The notes: generated by a model from the letters alone, not told the origin. A DNA stretch of 64,000 nt from a virus (IMGVR_UViG_3300042542_005523); one strand, 5' to 3'; counted from the stretch's first letter, positions 15,206 through 26,015 are shown. Translations and numbers: made by a program.

Positions 15206-16402
15206 ATGGAAAAACCAAACAATATGATACCACTATTTAAGGTATTTATGGACAACAAAGCGGGAGAAGAGGTTAATAAAATTTTAAATTCCGGATTTAT
15301 CGGCCAAGGTAAAAAGGTAGAAGAATTTGAGGCTTTACTTAAAAATTATTTCAGAAACTATCTAGTACTAACAACTAATGCTGCGACCTCAGCAGAGCAT
15401 TTAGCTCTACATATGCTAAGAAATCCATCAACTAATAACGTTTCGGTTGATGGTGTTGCACATTATCAATCAAGCTGGCCAGGAATAAACCCAGGAGATG
15501 AGATATTAACTACCCCCTTGACATGCACAGCAACCAATTGGCCAATCCTTGCTAATGGATTTAAGATAAAATGGGTGGATGTAGATCCTAATACATGTAA
15601 CATGGATTTAGATGACTTAGCAAGAAAGATAACACCAAAGACTAAAGCTATAATGGTAGTTCACTGGGGAGGATATCCGGTAGATCTTGATAAATTGAAA
15701 GATATACAAAATAAAGCTAGCAAAATAATAGGGTTTAAACCGGCTATAATAGAGGACTGTGCACACGCATTTGGAAGCTCGTATAAGGGTAAAAAAATAG
15801 GTAACCATGGTAACATATGTACATTCAGTTTTCAAGCAATTAAACATCTTACAACAGGAGACGGCGGAGCTTTAGTGGTTCCCCATAAAGACCTGTATGA
15901 CAGAGGAAAACTACTAAGATGGTATGGAATTGACAGGGAAACCAATAGTAAAGATTTCAGATGTGAGGATGACATTAAGGAATGGGGCTATAAATTTCAT
16001 ATGAATGATATAAATGCAACCATAGGGATTAATAATTTCAACAAGGTGACGGAGGAGCTGATAAACATAAATATAGAAAATGCTAATTTCTATAATGATA
16101 AACTATCGGGCTTAAAAGACGTCGAACTTATGGAGGTATCGGAGGATAAAAAATCATCGTATTGGATATACACGATCAAAGTAAAAAATAGGGACAGATT
16201 CATGGACCATATGAGGGATTGCAACATAATGGTCAGCAGAGTTCATGAGAGAAATGACAAGCATACGTGCGTGGCAGAATATAAATCAATTCTTCCGAAT
16301 TTAGAAAAACTAACCGAAGAAATGATCTGCATTCCCTGCGGATGGTGGGTATCTAAGGAGGACAGAGAATATATCGTAGAATGCATAAAAAAAGGATGGT
16401 AA
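15206..16402 (+). CDS. DegT/DnrJ/EryC1/StrS PLP-dependent sugar aminotransferase
   Basis: VHWGGYP, IIEDCAHAFG, SFQAIKHLTTGDGG (catalytic Lys), YKFHMND. Confidence 0.93.
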   Translation: MEKPNNMIPLFKVFMDNKAGEEVNKILNSGFIGQGKKVEEFEALLKNYFRNYLVLTTNAATSAEHLALHMLRNPSTNNVSVDGVAHYQSSWPGINPGDEILTTPLTCTATNWPILANGFKIKWVDVDPNTCNMDLDDLARKITPKTKAIMVVHWGGYPVDLDKLKDIQNKASKIIGFKPAIIEDCAHAFGSSYKGKKIGNHGNICTFSFQAIKHLTTGDGGALVVPHKDLYDRGKLLRWYGIDRETNSKDFRCEDDIKEWGYKFHMNDINATIGINNFNKVTEELININIENANFYNDKLSGLKDVELMEVSEDKKSSYWIYTIKVKNRDRFMDHMRDCNIMVSRVHERNDKHTCVAEYKSILPNLEKLTEEMICIPCGWWVSKEDREYIVECIKKGW

Positions 16403-17163
16403 TGGAAAGAAACTGTAAAGTTATAGCTACATACTTTGGTCCAAGAAGATATTTCCCTAGGGATGCCAAAGATACGATCAATCTAATCAGAGAGGTTGTA
16501 GATACAGAGATCAATGTAGATCCGGGTGTTGATCTGGACGTAATTCTAGTTAATCATGATTTCGGAAATAGCGAGGTTACTAATTTTTTAGATTCACTAA
16601 ACGGGACTAAATTAAATAGGGGTAACCTAATTATAATAAACAGGCCATGGGAGAATGGCACAGGAATGAGCTATTCATCTTATAATTATGCATTTGAAAA
16701 ATACAGAAACGAGTATGATTATTGGTTTTTTACTGAGGATGATGTGATAACAATCCTACCCGATTATTATAAAATAGCAAAAGATCAGTTATTATCGGAT
16801 GCGATGAATGCTTTTATAGGATGTCATCGATGCATATCGGAGGATTCAGTACCCGTGCATGCTCATTCGGGATGTGGTTTAACTAGCAAGGAGTTCATAG
16901 AAAAGGCTATAATAAATAACAATGGTACCCTTCCATATTCTAAGCTACCTATGCCATCTGAGGTTTCAGATCTTGTTGTAAATATGGATAGGGATAGATT
17001 TTTAGCATCAATAGCTCTAAAAGAATGGTATAGATCGGCAGAAATTGAAGGTGAAGTTGCATTCACAAACATCTATAATAGAATGGGATTCAATATAAAA
17101 AATATAGAAACAGATAACCCAGTGGTAAAGGTTTATCAACAAGACAATCCATATTATTTATAA
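16402..17163 (+). CDS. putative GT-A fold glycosyltransferase
   Basis: YDYWFFTEDD motif; start set at ATG 16402 overlapping previous stop. Confidence 0.55.
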   Translation: MERNCKVIATYFGPRRYFPRDAKDTINLIREVVDTEINVDPGVDLDVILVNHDFGNSEVTNFLDSLNGTKLNRGNLIIINRPWENGTGMSYSSYNYAFEKYRNEYDYWFFTEDDVITILPDYYKIAKDQLLSDAMNAFIGCHRCISEDSVPVHAHSGCGLTSKEFIEKAIINNNGTLPYSKLPMPSEVSDLVVNMDRDRFLASIALKEWYRSAEIEGEVAFTNIYNRMGFNIKNIETDNPVVKVYQQDNPYYL

Positions 17164-17783
17164 TGGGAACTGCCAAATATAATTCAGGATTAAAAAAATA
17201 TAAAGATCTCCATAGAGGTTCCGAATTTGTATTAATCGCTACTGGTCCAACTTTAAATAAATTTCATAAATTCGATGAATATGAAAAAACAATAAAAGTT
17301 GGTGTTAATAAGATTTATGACAATCCAATAATAAATGATCTTGATTACTATTTCTTCGGTAGCGACTATTATCTTAATAGTGAGCATCGAGAAAAAATAG
17401 AAAAATTAAGTCCCGATATTAACAAGTTTTCATCAGTCTACAGAGACGGCAGTGAAACCGGTCTTGGAAATATAAATAGAAGCGATTCGGATAGATTAAA
17501 TTGTACACCCTTTGAATGCTGCTTGGATAGATTTCCCGACGATCAGGCAGATGACAAATTACTAGGTCATAGCATAATATTCCCAGCTATTCAAATTATT
17601 CTATATATGGGAGCATCCAAAGTATACCTAGTTGGATGTGATCTAAACGAGCATGCATCAGAATTACCACATTGGTGGAATGAATTCAAAAAATGGAAAG
17701 ATTATAAATATCCGCATGTGGGGATATCAGTAATAAACGCTATTGGATTAAGCGGAATATTTGATGGGTATACAGAAATATAA
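17163..17783 (+). CDS. Maf/DUF115 (MptE-like) protein, possible nonulosonate transferase
   Basis: IATGPTL...GVNKIY...ILYMGASKVYLVGCD. Confidence 0.65.
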   Translation: MGTAKYNSGLKKYKDLHRGSEFVLIATGPTLNKFHKFDEYEKTIKVGVNKIYDNPIINDLDYYFFGSDYYLNSEHREKIEKLSPDINKFSSVYRDGSETGLGNINRSDSDRLNCTPFECCLDRFPDDQADDKLLGHSIIFPAIQIILYMGASKVYLVGCDLNEHASELPHWWNEFKKWKDYKYPHVGISVINAIGLSGIFDGYTEI

Positions 17784-19032
17784 AAAAATACTATCCGATC
17801 TTTTTTTAATGGATAGAAATATAGTTTCCGATGGGAATTTAGAAGCTCTCAACTATATTAAGAATTATTATAAAGATCTAGAAATATATAAATTCAAATC
17901 AGGATCTGAATTCTATGATTGGAAGGTTCCTAAATCATGGAAACTAAATAGTGCCTCTATAAAAAATTCCAACGGGCAAACCATACTAACTCATAACACA
18001 TCGCCAATGTCGGTGGTCTTTTGTTCGTCACCAATAAAGTCTACTATAAGCGGAATAGATCTTATTGAAAGTCTGCATACAAACGAATTCATTCCCGAAG
18101 CTGTACCATATAGACAAAGCACATATGATAATAAATGGGGATTTTGTGTAGATCACGAATTTAAAAAATCCATATTGCCAGACGAAATATATTCGGTTGA
18201 AATAGACTCAGAATTTTCAGACGGAGAGCTACTTGCTGGCGAGTTAAAAATAAAGGGTGAATCCGATAGAGAAATAATACTAACATCCTATATGTGTCAT
18301 CCCAGACAAGCACACGATGGACTTTCTGGAGTAGTTATGTTATTAAGATTATACGATTTTCTAAATACAAGAAATAATAAATTCACTTACAGATTCCTGA
18401 TGTTTCCTGAAACGATAGGAAGCATATGCCTTCTTGGCAGCAAAAAAATAATACCAGATAATATTGAATATACCCTGGTATCCACCTGCTTAGGTAAGAT
18501 TTCAAATCGACCAGTATATAAAAGTACATTCTTAAATAACCATTCCATAGATAATCTAATCAATCATTTATTCGGAAATTCTGTTGACATAAGAAAATAT
18601 TATCCCTTCGGAAGCGACGAAAGACAATTAAGCAGTCCGGGGATAGAAATACCATCCGCTATTATAATGGGTAATCCTTTTGGTGAATTTAATGAATATC
18701 ACACAGATAAGGATAATCTTGAATTTATGGATTGGGATGATTTTGAAGTCCTCTTTAATATCTATGCGTCCACTATAACAGAATATGAAAAATACAAAAA
18801 GCCAATATATCTATTAAACGGGTGCGAGCCAATGTTGGGTAAAAGAAATCTATATTCAGTAATAGGTAACTCTAAGCACACTAGCGAATCGATAATAAGG
18901 AATTGGATATTACATCTAGCAAACGGTAAGAATAATACAATGGACATCTCGATAAAATCCGGATTTGAAATAGATCTAATAGATCAATATTGTGACGAAT
19001 TGGTTGAACATGGAATAATAAAGCTCATATAG
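17761..19032 (+). CDS. DUF4910 aminopeptidase-like protein with C-terminal winged helix
   Basis: DWKVPKSW, EAVPYRQSTY..KWGFC, YMCHP..AHDGLSG, PETIGSI, GSDERQ..SPG, YHTDKD, CEPMLGKRNLY. Confidence 0.85.
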   Translation: MMGIQKYKKILSDLFLMDRNIVSDGNLEALNYIKNYYKDLEIYKFKSGSEFYDWKVPKSWKLNSASIKNSNGQTILTHNTSPMSVVFCSSPIKSTISGIDLIESLHTNEFIPEAVPYRQSTYDNKWGFCVDHEFKKSILPDEIYSVEIDSEFSDGELLAGELKIKGESDREIILTSYMCHPRQAHDGLSGVVMLLRLYDFLNTRNNKFTYRFLMFPETIGSICLLGSKKIIPDNIEYTLVSTCLGKISNRPVYKSTFLNNHSIDNLINHLFGNSVDIRKYYPFGSDERQLSSPGIEIPSAIIMGNPFGEFNEYHTDKDNLEFMDWDDFEVLFNIYASTITEYEKYKKPIYLLNGCEPMLGKRNLYSVIGNSKHTSESIIRNWILHLANGKNNTMDISIKSGFEIDLIDQYCDELVEHGIIKLI

Positions 19033-19782
19033 ATGAAACTGGGAATAATAATACAGGCAAGACTTGGATCTACAAGATTGCCAGATAAAATAATATTGGA
19101 TTTCGATAAAGGTGAATCCGTAATGGATATAATAATAGGAAAAATAAAGTCCAGATTTTCACAATATCCCATAATATTAGCAACGGGAGATTCTCCGAAA
19201 AATTCCAAGTTAATCGAATTTTCATCCAAGCATAATATACATTTTTTCATGGGGAGTGAGAATAATGTACTGTCCAGATTTATAGAAGCAGCTGAGCTTT
19301 ATGATTTAACTCATGTGATTAGAATATGTTCAGATAACCCATTTATAGACATGGATCTATTGGATGAACTATTATCAATTCCGGATAAATTTTCATATGA
19401 TTATATAAGTTTCAAAAATGATGACGGGGTACCAGTAATAAAATCACACTTCGGATTATTTGCTGAATTTGTATCAGTATCGGGACTAAGGAAAGCGATG
19501 TCTACGGAAGGAAATAATTCACATTACATAGAACACGTTACGAATTATCTATACGAGAACCCTGCCGAATTCGGATTAAAACTAATCGATCTACCTAAAG
19601 TAATTTCGGGTAGACATGACATTAGATTGACCCTCGATACACAGCGAGATTTTAATATATTATCGGATCTTTACACGAAAACTAAAAATATGAATCTAGA
19701 TTACATTATTGGTTTTATCGACGAAAATAATGATCAATATATAGATGAGATGCTTATTAACATTAAAAATAATAGCAAATGA
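19033..19782 (+). CDS. SpsF-like nonulosonate cytidylyltransferase
   Basis: IIIQARLGSTRLPDK, GSENNVLSRF, IRICSDNPF, RLTLDT..DF. Confidence 0.88.
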   Translation: MKLGIIIQARLGSTRLPDKIILDFDKGESVMDIIIGKIKSRFSQYPIILATGDSPKNSKLIEFSSKHNIHFFMGSENNVLSRFIEAAELYDLTHVIRICSDNPFIDMDLLDELLSIPDKFSYDYISFKNDDGVPVIKSHFGLFAEFVSVSGLRKAMSTEGNNSHYIEHVTNYLYENPAEFGLKLIDLPKVISGRHDIRLTLDTQRDFNILSDLYTKTKNMNLDYIIGFIDENNDQYIDEMLINIKNNSK

Positions 19783-20819
19783 CATACATCATAGGAGAAA
19801 TTGGACAGAACCACAATGGATCAGTGGATATTGCAAAATTGATAGTTGATGCAGCAATAAGACCGGTAAAGGAGATAGATTTTAATTTAGATCTAAAACC
19901 ATTTAATGCTATAAAATTAACAAAGAGGGATCTTGATTTTGAATTATCCAAGGATCAGATGGAGCTACCATATATTGGAGTAAATTCTTTCGGTAGAACC
20001 TACAGAGAACATCGGGAATTTCTGGAGCTAAATGACGAGGAGCATTTTGAGATTTATAAATATGCAAAAGAGAAAGGACTTGATTTTATAGAAACCTTAT
20101 GCTCACCAACTTGTCTATCCCTATTAAATCTCTTCATCCCAGATAAACTTAAGGTTGCAAGCAGGGATCTGACAAATATACCTTTGCTCGAGAGATTAGC
20201 AGAAACTAAAATACCCATCATATTATCCACGGGTATGGCTGGACAATCTGAGCTTGATTCCGCATTGGATGTAATATCGAAGCATCATGAAAATGTGTCA
20301 ATACTACATTGTGTTTCTCAATACCCTACGCATCCGGATAATGCCAATCTGAATACTATAAGATATTTGATTAAAAAATATCCACAATTCGATATTGGGT
20401 ATTCCGATCATACCATAGGTATTTCTGCACCGGTAATTGCTGTTGGTATGGGTGCTAAAATAATAGAAAAACATATCACCCTAGATAGAAGCATGAAGGG
20501 TACTGATCAAGCGGGATCCCTTGGGATAGATGGTATGAATAGAATGGTTAGAGATATAAGAATAGCGGAAAAATTTCTTGGCAAAGAAAGCATATTCGTG
20601 GACGATTCGACACAATCCGCTAAAATAAAACTGGAAAGATCCATAGCAGCAAAACATGACATAAAAGCTGGTAATATTATATTTGAATCAGATATAATTA
20701 TGTTAAGTCCAGGTGATGGACTTAAATGGAAGGACCGGGATCTTATTGTAGGTAAAATTGCTAAATCTGATATAGATGAACATCAAATAATATATTCTAA
20801 TCTATTGGAAAATGCTTAA
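19779..20819 (+). CDS. NeuB-family nonulosonate synthase, KDN-9-phosphate synthase-like, with C-terminal SAF/AFP domain
   Basis: IIGEIGQNHNGSVDIAKLIVD, KVASRDLTN, ILHCVSQYPT, YSDHTIG, IEKHITLD, KLERSIA. Confidence 0.9.
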   Translation: MTYIIGEIGQNHNGSVDIAKLIVDAAIRPVKEIDFNLDLKPFNAIKLTKRDLDFELSKDQMELPYIGVNSFGRTYREHREFLELNDEEHFEIYKYAKEKGLDFIETLCSPTCLSLLNLFIPDKLKVASRDLTNIPLLERLAETKIPIILSTGMAGQSELDSALDVISKHHENVSILHCVSQYPTHPDNANLNTIRYLIKKYPQFDIGYSDHTIGISAPVIAVGMGAKIIEKHITLDRSMKGTDQAGSLGIDGMNRMVRDIRIAEKFLGKESIFVDDSTQSAKIKLERSIAAKHDIKAGNIIFESDIIMLSPGDGLKWKDRDLIVGKIAKSDIDEHQIIYSNLLENA

Positions 20820-20905
20820 TATAAAAATTAGTAATTACAGATATAGACGGAGTATGGACGGACGGCGGAATGTATTATGATAATACAGGAAATGAATCCA
20901 ATTAA
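20812..20905 (+). pseudogene. frameshifted N-terminal relic of a KdsC/KDN-9-P HAD phosphatase
   Basis: After a +1 shift in an A5 run the frame reads [23 protein letters not shown] (HAD motif I), then stops at 20903-20905. Confidence 0.8.
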
Positions 20906-21767
20906 ATCGGCGGAAAAAATTAAAGTGATCTTTAACTGCTCAATATTCGAATTCCATAAGGACTACTGTTATAACATAGCAAAAGAATTAACTAACAGAG
21001 GACATATAGCAATCATAGAGGAGGATAGAAATGCATTTCATGCTGATGCAGACTTTACAATACAACCCGATGAAGCATGCTTAAGAATGGGTGGTAAGGG
21101 TATCTGGATAAATCACGCATTTCCTTTCGTGCCGCAGAATGAATTTTATTCATCAACAGAATTTATGGATGAGCTAAATAGAAACTCTGATTACATATTT
21201 ACTTTTTCCGACGAATGGGTCGAAAATCAAAAACATTACGGACTTCCGATATTTAATGTGGGAATGCCAAAATTGGACAATTTCTCCAGGATTCAAACCG
21301 ATGTGTTTAATATTCTGTATGTTCCTACGTGGAACGAAGAGCTTACAAGTTCAAGAGTAATAGATATCGAAATGCTAAAGACCAAAGGTAACCTCATTTA
21401 TAGGGGTCACCCAGCATTTAACACCAGTGAAATTCCACTAATGGAAGCTTTATCAATAGCTGATGTTGTGATAACAGATTATTCTTCGGTTGGATTAGAA
21501 TCGATAGTGCTGGATATACCAACAATATTTTACACTAATGAAAGATATGGTTCAGTTGGTGATCATATATCAAATAAAGCGATGGAAGCTGGTATCTGCG
21601 TTAGTGACGATGTTGCATTGGAAGTAGCAATAGAAACATACCGAAACAATCCATCATTTTTATCTATAGAAAGAGAGAAGTATTCAAAAATACTAGCATC
21701 AAATTTGGGGGAATCATCAATATGCTTTGTCAATACCCTAGAAAAAATAAAATCAGAATGCATATGA
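20877..21767 (+). CDS. CDP-glycerol glycerophosphotransferase (TagF-like) family protein
   Basis: [36 protein letters not shown]. Confidence 0.8.
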   Translation: MIIQEMNPIKSAEKIKVIFNCSIFEFHKDYCYNIAKELTNRGHIAIIEEDRNAFHADADFTIQPDEACLRMGGKGIWINHAFPFVPQNEFYSSTEFMDELNRNSDYIFTFSDEWVENQKHYGLPIFNVGMPKLDNFSRIQTDVFNILYVPTWNEELTSSRVIDIEMLKTKGNLIYRGHPAFNTSEIPLMEALSIADVVITDYSSVGLESIVLDIPTIFYTNERYGSVGDHISNKAMEAGICVSDDVALEVAIETYRNNPSFLSIEREKYSKILASNLGESSICFVNTLEKIKSECI

Positions 21768-23053
21768 AAAAAGTCTATATAGCAATGAGTGCCGATTTAG
21801 TCCACCATGGTCACTTAAACATAATCGAGGAAGGTAGAAAATTAGGCGATGTTATTGTCGGAGTATTAACAGATAAAGCTATAGCATCATATAAGAGACT
21901 TCCGTATTTAGATTTTGAAGCAAGAAGTAGAATAATAGAAAATATAAAAGGTGTAAATCTAGTTGTTCCCCAGGAGACCCTTGATTATGTAGAAAATCTT
22001 AGAAAATACAAACCTGATTACGTTATACATGGTGACGATTGGCAAACGGGAAGACAAAAACAAGTAAGAGAAAGAGTTATAGAAACCATAGGCGAATGGG
22101 GAGGTGAATTGGTAGAGATTCCGTACACCGAAGGAATATCTTCAACACAGTTGAACTATATACAAAAAAGTATAGGTACTTCTCCCGCTATCAGACAATC
22201 TAAGTTAAGAAGGCTACTTGATTCCAAAGAAATAGTTAGAGGCATGGAAGCACATACTGGATTGAGCGGAATAATAGTAGAAAAAGCTTTTGTTGTTAAA
22301 GATGATAAAACCGAAGAATTTGATTGCATATGGATGTCAAGTTTAACAGATTCTACATCAAAAGGGAAACCCGATATTGAGTTGGTTGATAGACTTGATA
22401 CATTAAATCAGGTGCTAGAGGTAACAACTAAGCCTATTATAGTAGATGGTGATACTGGAGGTGTAGAAGAACATTTCTGTTATACAGTAAGGACTTTGGA
22501 AAGACTAGGGGTTTCGGCTATAATTATAGAGGATAAAATCGGTCTTAAGAAAAATTCACTATTCGGAACTGACGTCGACCAAGAGCAAGACACGGTCGAT
22601 AACTTTTGCTCCAAGATAGCAGCAGGTAAAAAATCTCAGGTATCAAATGAATTCATGATCATTGCCAGAATAGAGAGCCTTATATTAGGTAATGGTCTTG
22701 ATGATGCTATATTAAGAGCTGAAAAATATATAGCCGCTGGTGCTGATGGTATTATGATACATAGCAAAAAAACAGATCCGAATGAAATATTCGAATTCTG
22801 TAAAATGTATCAGAAGCTAAATAATAAAGCACCTCTTTTTGCTGTTCCTTCAACGTATGATTCAGTAACAGAGAAAGAACTAATAGACAATAATATAGAT
22901 TTAGTAATCTATGCAAATCATCTAATAAGAAGCGCATACCCCGCAATGCTTAAAACCGCTGAAAGCATACTGCTTCACGAGAGGGGCAAGGAGGCATCGG
23001 AAAATTGTTTAAGCATAAAGGAAATATTAGATCTAATACCAGGGACAAGATAA
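21764..23053 (+). CDS. aepX: cytidylyltransferase-phosphoenolpyruvate mutase fusion
   Basis: N-terminal [12 protein letters not shown] (HxGH) and HGDDW; C-terminal [35 protein letters not shown]-mutase motif. Confidence 0.95.
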   Translation: MKKVYIAMSADLVHHGHLNIIEEGRKLGDVIVGVLTDKAIASYKRLPYLDFEARSRIIENIKGVNLVVPQETLDYVENLRKYKPDYVIHGDDWQTGRQKQVRERVIETIGEWGGELVEIPYTEGISSTQLNYIQKSIGTSPAIRQSKLRRLLDSKEIVRGMEAHTGLSGIIVEKAFVVKDDKTEEFDCIWMSSLTDSTSKGKPDIELVDRLDTLNQVLEVTTKPIIVDGDTGGVEEHFCYTVRTLERLGVSAIIIEDKIGLKKNSLFGTDVDQEQDTVDNFCSKIAAGKKSQVSNEFMIIARIESLILGNGLDDAILRAEKYIAAGADGIMIHSKKTDPNEIFEFCKMYQKLNNKAPLFAVPSTYDSVTEKELIDNNIDLVIYANHLIRSAYPAMLKTAESILLHERGKEASENCLSIKEILDLIPGTR

Positions 23054-23631
23054 TGACAAGAATCTCAAGTATAAAGAATTTATATATTGGGTATCATAAT
23101 TTCTACAGGAAATACTATGGCATGGATAGAGAAATTTTCTCCTTTAGAGATCCAGTAGAACAAATAATAAAAACGGAGAAAAATATAGGATCCAAGGAAG
23201 CTTTCATATTGGAATATGGATGCGGAACAGGATTTAATCTGGAATATCTTTATAATATTGGTTATACAAATCTATTTGGCATAGAACAGAATACGGAGGT
23301 ATACTCAGGTATTGATACGAATAAAAAAATAAAAATTATAAACGGTAATCTATCAGAAGATATTCAATTAACCGGAAATAATAAATTTGATTTTATATTC
23401 ACAAGATCTGTTCTTCAACAAAGGATAGGCATAGGAAAAATACAAGGTGATTTTAATACTGACGATGATATTGTTAAAATACTTTCAGTATTTTCAAGAA
23501 TATTAAATACCGATGGTGTAGTTTTTCTTAATGAAGGCACACAGACAAGAGATTGGGGAGAGATAATAATAAAAAGCGGATTCAAGTTAATAGACAGCGG
23601 TAATAATTTTTTCAAATTAAAAATAAAATAA
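23053..23631 (+). CDS. class I SAM-dependent methyltransferase inside the phosphonate cluster
   Basis: ILEYGCGTGFNL, FGIE, FDFIFTRSVL. Confidence 0.85.
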   Translation: MTRISSIKNLYIGYHNFYRKYYGMDREIFSFRDPVEQIIKTEKNIGSKEAFILEYGCGTGFNLEYLYNIGYTNLFGIEQNTEVYSGIDTNKKIKIINGNLSEDIQLTGNNKFDFIFTRSVLQQRIGIGKIQGDFNTDDDIVKILSVFSRILNTDGVVFLNEGTQTRDWGEIIIKSGFKLIDSGNNFFKLKIK

Positions 23632-23635
23632 AAAT

Positions 23636-24025
23636 ATGATAACTTTAGAAGAACTTAAAAATCAAGGTTATTCCTTTTTCACAGGCGTTCCTGATAGCTT
23701 GTTATCTCCGCTAATAAGAGAAATAGAAAAATCAACAGAAACACATATCATAGCACCCAACGAAGGGTTAGCATTAGGATTAGCTGTTGGCGCAGAACTT
23801 GCGGGAAAGAAAAGCTGTGTATATTTACAAAATTCAGGTCTTGGTAATTTAATAAATCCTCTAACAAGTCTATGCATTCCCTTTGATATTCACCCTCTCC
23901 TCATAATAGGTCATAGGCATACTCTGGAGCAACATAAAGTGATGGGGAATACCGATAGAGAGATATTAGAATTATTGGGATATGAGAACTTCATAATAGT
24001 GGAGGGATCGAATAACGAATCATAA
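23636..24025 (+). CDS. phosphonopyruvate decarboxylase, alpha-type subunit (split gene)
   Basis: FFTGVPDSLL, NEGLALGLAVG, VYLQNSGLGNLINPLTSL, QHKVMG. Confidence 0.9.
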   Translation: MITLEELKNQGYSFFTGVPDSLLSPLIREIEKSTETHIIAPNEGLALGLAVGAELAGKKSCVYLQNSGLGNLINPLTSLCIPFDIHPLLIIGHRHTLEQHKVMGNTDREILELLGYENFIIVEGSNNES

Positions 24026-24026
24026 T

Positions 24027-24491
24027 ATGACAAGCAGAAAACAAGCGATATTGGAAATATTTAAGAATCATCCTGATTCTTTTTTTATAGCTAGCACGGG
24101 ATACATTTCGAGGGCTGTATTTGAATTATTTCCTGATAATAAAAATATATTCTATATGCAAGGAAGCATGGGTATGGCTCCTGCTATAGGTTTAGGTTTA
24201 GCATCACAAACAGACAAGAACGTAGTGGTAATATCCGGTGATGGTTCATTGCTTATGCATCTGGGGATTACCCACACGATAAGAGATCTGAATCTTCCAA
24301 ATTTATTCAATTATGTTCTAGATAATGGTACGCACGAGTCAGTGGGTGCATATCCTGTAAGCGATCTTGAAATGGAATATCCGGGAATAGATAGGATATT
24401 TAAAATTACAAATGATGGTAAGCCACCTAGAGTGGGTATGGATTTTAAAACCAATAAGGAATGCTTCATAAAAGAATTAAAAGGACTATAG
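24027..24491 (+). CDS. phosphonopyruvate decarboxylase, beta-type (TPP-binding) subunit
   Basis: TGYISR, FYMQGSMG, GDGSLLM...LDNGTHESVG TPP motif. Confidence 0.9.
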   Translation: MTSRKQAILEIFKNHPDSFFIASTGYISRAVFELFPDNKNIFYMQGSMGMAPAIGLGLASQTDKNVVVISGDGSLLMHLGITHTIRDLNLPNLFNYVLDNGTHESVGAYPVSDLEMEYPGIDRIFKITNDGKPPRVGMDFKTNKECFIKELKGL

Positions 24492-25249
24492 TTTGTTCAC
24501 AGTCAACAAAAAAATTCATAGAGGGTAATGCAGGTGACGAATATATCATAGTAACAGGACCTCCTGATGAAAAAATATTAGACCTTGTCGATAGTATAGA
24601 AAATGTAATATGTATCGGCGGAGGCGCGGTTATAGATTATGCTAAGATAATTTCTAAGGGTCCAATAGAAATATGCTATCCAACTACCGCATCAGGATCA
24701 TCAGAAACTTCACATGCAGTTTATTGGATCGGTAACAATAAAATGGGGATTAAAAGATTTATTCCGAAAGAGGTTAGAATAATCGAAGAATCACTAGTTG
24801 GTCTTTCCGATGATATGATTCTATGGACCAAATGCGATATGATAGCTCATTGCTTAGATGTTAAATGGTCATCCGGAGCAACAATAGATAGCATAGGATT
24901 AGCAGATGGAGCATTAGATTTAATAGGATCATCAGACTCCAATCTATCACTGGTGAATGCTGGTATAATTGCTGGGAGAGCAATAGAAATTACCCCGACG
25001 ACGATACTGCATTCCTTATCATATCCACTTACAGGTTTTTATAATATATCTCACGGAAAAGCTCTGTCATATCTTATACCAAAATTAGCAAACCATCTGA
25101 ATCAAAAAATACCTAATATCAAATATGTTGAGTATATTGGAGAAATAGATTGGGATTTGGTTGTAGATAAGGCTTATGAGTATGATAAAATTTCTAATGT
25201 AAACTTCAATATCAATAAAGAAGATTTGATAAAAATATTAAGCCGATGA
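24461..25249 (+). CDS. group III (Fe-type) alcohol dehydrogenase, probable phosphonoacetaldehyde reductase
   Basis: IGGGAVIDYAK, PTTASGSSET, DMIAHCLD, TTILHSLSYPLT..NISHG. Confidence 0.85.
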   Translation: MLHKRIKRTIVCSQSTKKFIEGNAGDEYIIVTGPPDEKILDLVDSIENVICIGGGAVIDYAKIISKGPIEICYPTTASGSSETSHAVYWIGNNKMGIKRFIPKEVRIIEESLVGLSDDMILWTKCDMIAHCLDVKWSSGATIDSIGLADGALDLIGSSDSNLSLVNAGIIAGRAIEITPTTILHSLSYPLTGFYNISHGKALSYLIPKLANHLNQKIPNIKYVEYIGEIDWDLVVDKAYEYDKISNVNFNINKEDLIKILSR

Positions 25250-25328
25250 AAATAGCAATTTATTGGAATAATTTAGGATCAACGTAGTACAAGTACTAAC
25301 GGAAAGTTACTAATTTTTTAAATGACGT

Positions 25329-26015
25329 ATGAATATTTGCATAAATTTAATAGCTACAGGTAAATACGTAGATTTTTTAGACGGGATAATAGAAAGCTCC
25401 GAGAAAAATTTTTTTCCTAATGATTCAGTTTATTATATTATCCACACAGATTGCACGGACCGGGTATTTCCAAAAAATTCAATAATTAATAGAATAGATT
25501 TTGAGGAGTGGCCAAATCCAACTCTTAAAAGATTCCATTATTTTTTAATGGCTGAGGATGATATATTGAAGTCCGATTTTTCTTTTTATGTTGATGTAGA
25601 TAGTTTATTTGTTAACCTTATAGATTTTGAATTAGAACCAATAAAGGGTATAATATCAACTTTGCATCCTGGATTTTACGGTACCTCCGGAACTCCGGAA
25701 AGAAATCCTAATTCTAAATCATATTTACCAATTGGTTCCCAAAATTTATATTTCTGCGGTGGATTTTTTGGAGGTGATTCTGTATCCTTTGTCAAGATGT
25801 CAAGGAGGATAAAAGAAAATATAGATGATGATCTAAAGAATGGTATTATAGCAATATGGCACGACGAATCCCATCTAAATCACTACCTTTTCTACAATCC
25901 TCCTGCAAATATATTAGGGAACTATTTCGCTATATCGCAAAATCAAATTAACCAGCACCCTGATTCTAGGATAGTTTTTCTAGATAAGAACCACAAACAT
26001 TTAAGAAAAAAATAA
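25329..26015 (+). CDS. GT6 (ABO-like) alpha-1,3-GalNAc/Gal transferase
   Basis: IATGKY, TLKRFHYF, VDVD, LHPGFY, ERNPNS, CGGFFGG, WHDESHLN. Confidence 0.92.
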   Translation: MNICINLIATGKYVDFLDGIIESSEKNFFPNDSVYYIIHTDCTDRVFPKNSIINRIDFEEWPNPTLKRFHYFLMAEDDILKSDFSFYVDVDSLFVNLIDFELEPIKGIISTLHPGFYGTSGTPERNPNSKSYLPIGSQNLYFCGGFFGGDSVSFVKMSRRIKENIDDDLKNGIIAIWHDESHLNHYLFYNPPANILGNYFAISQNQINQHPDSRIVFLDKNHKHLRKK

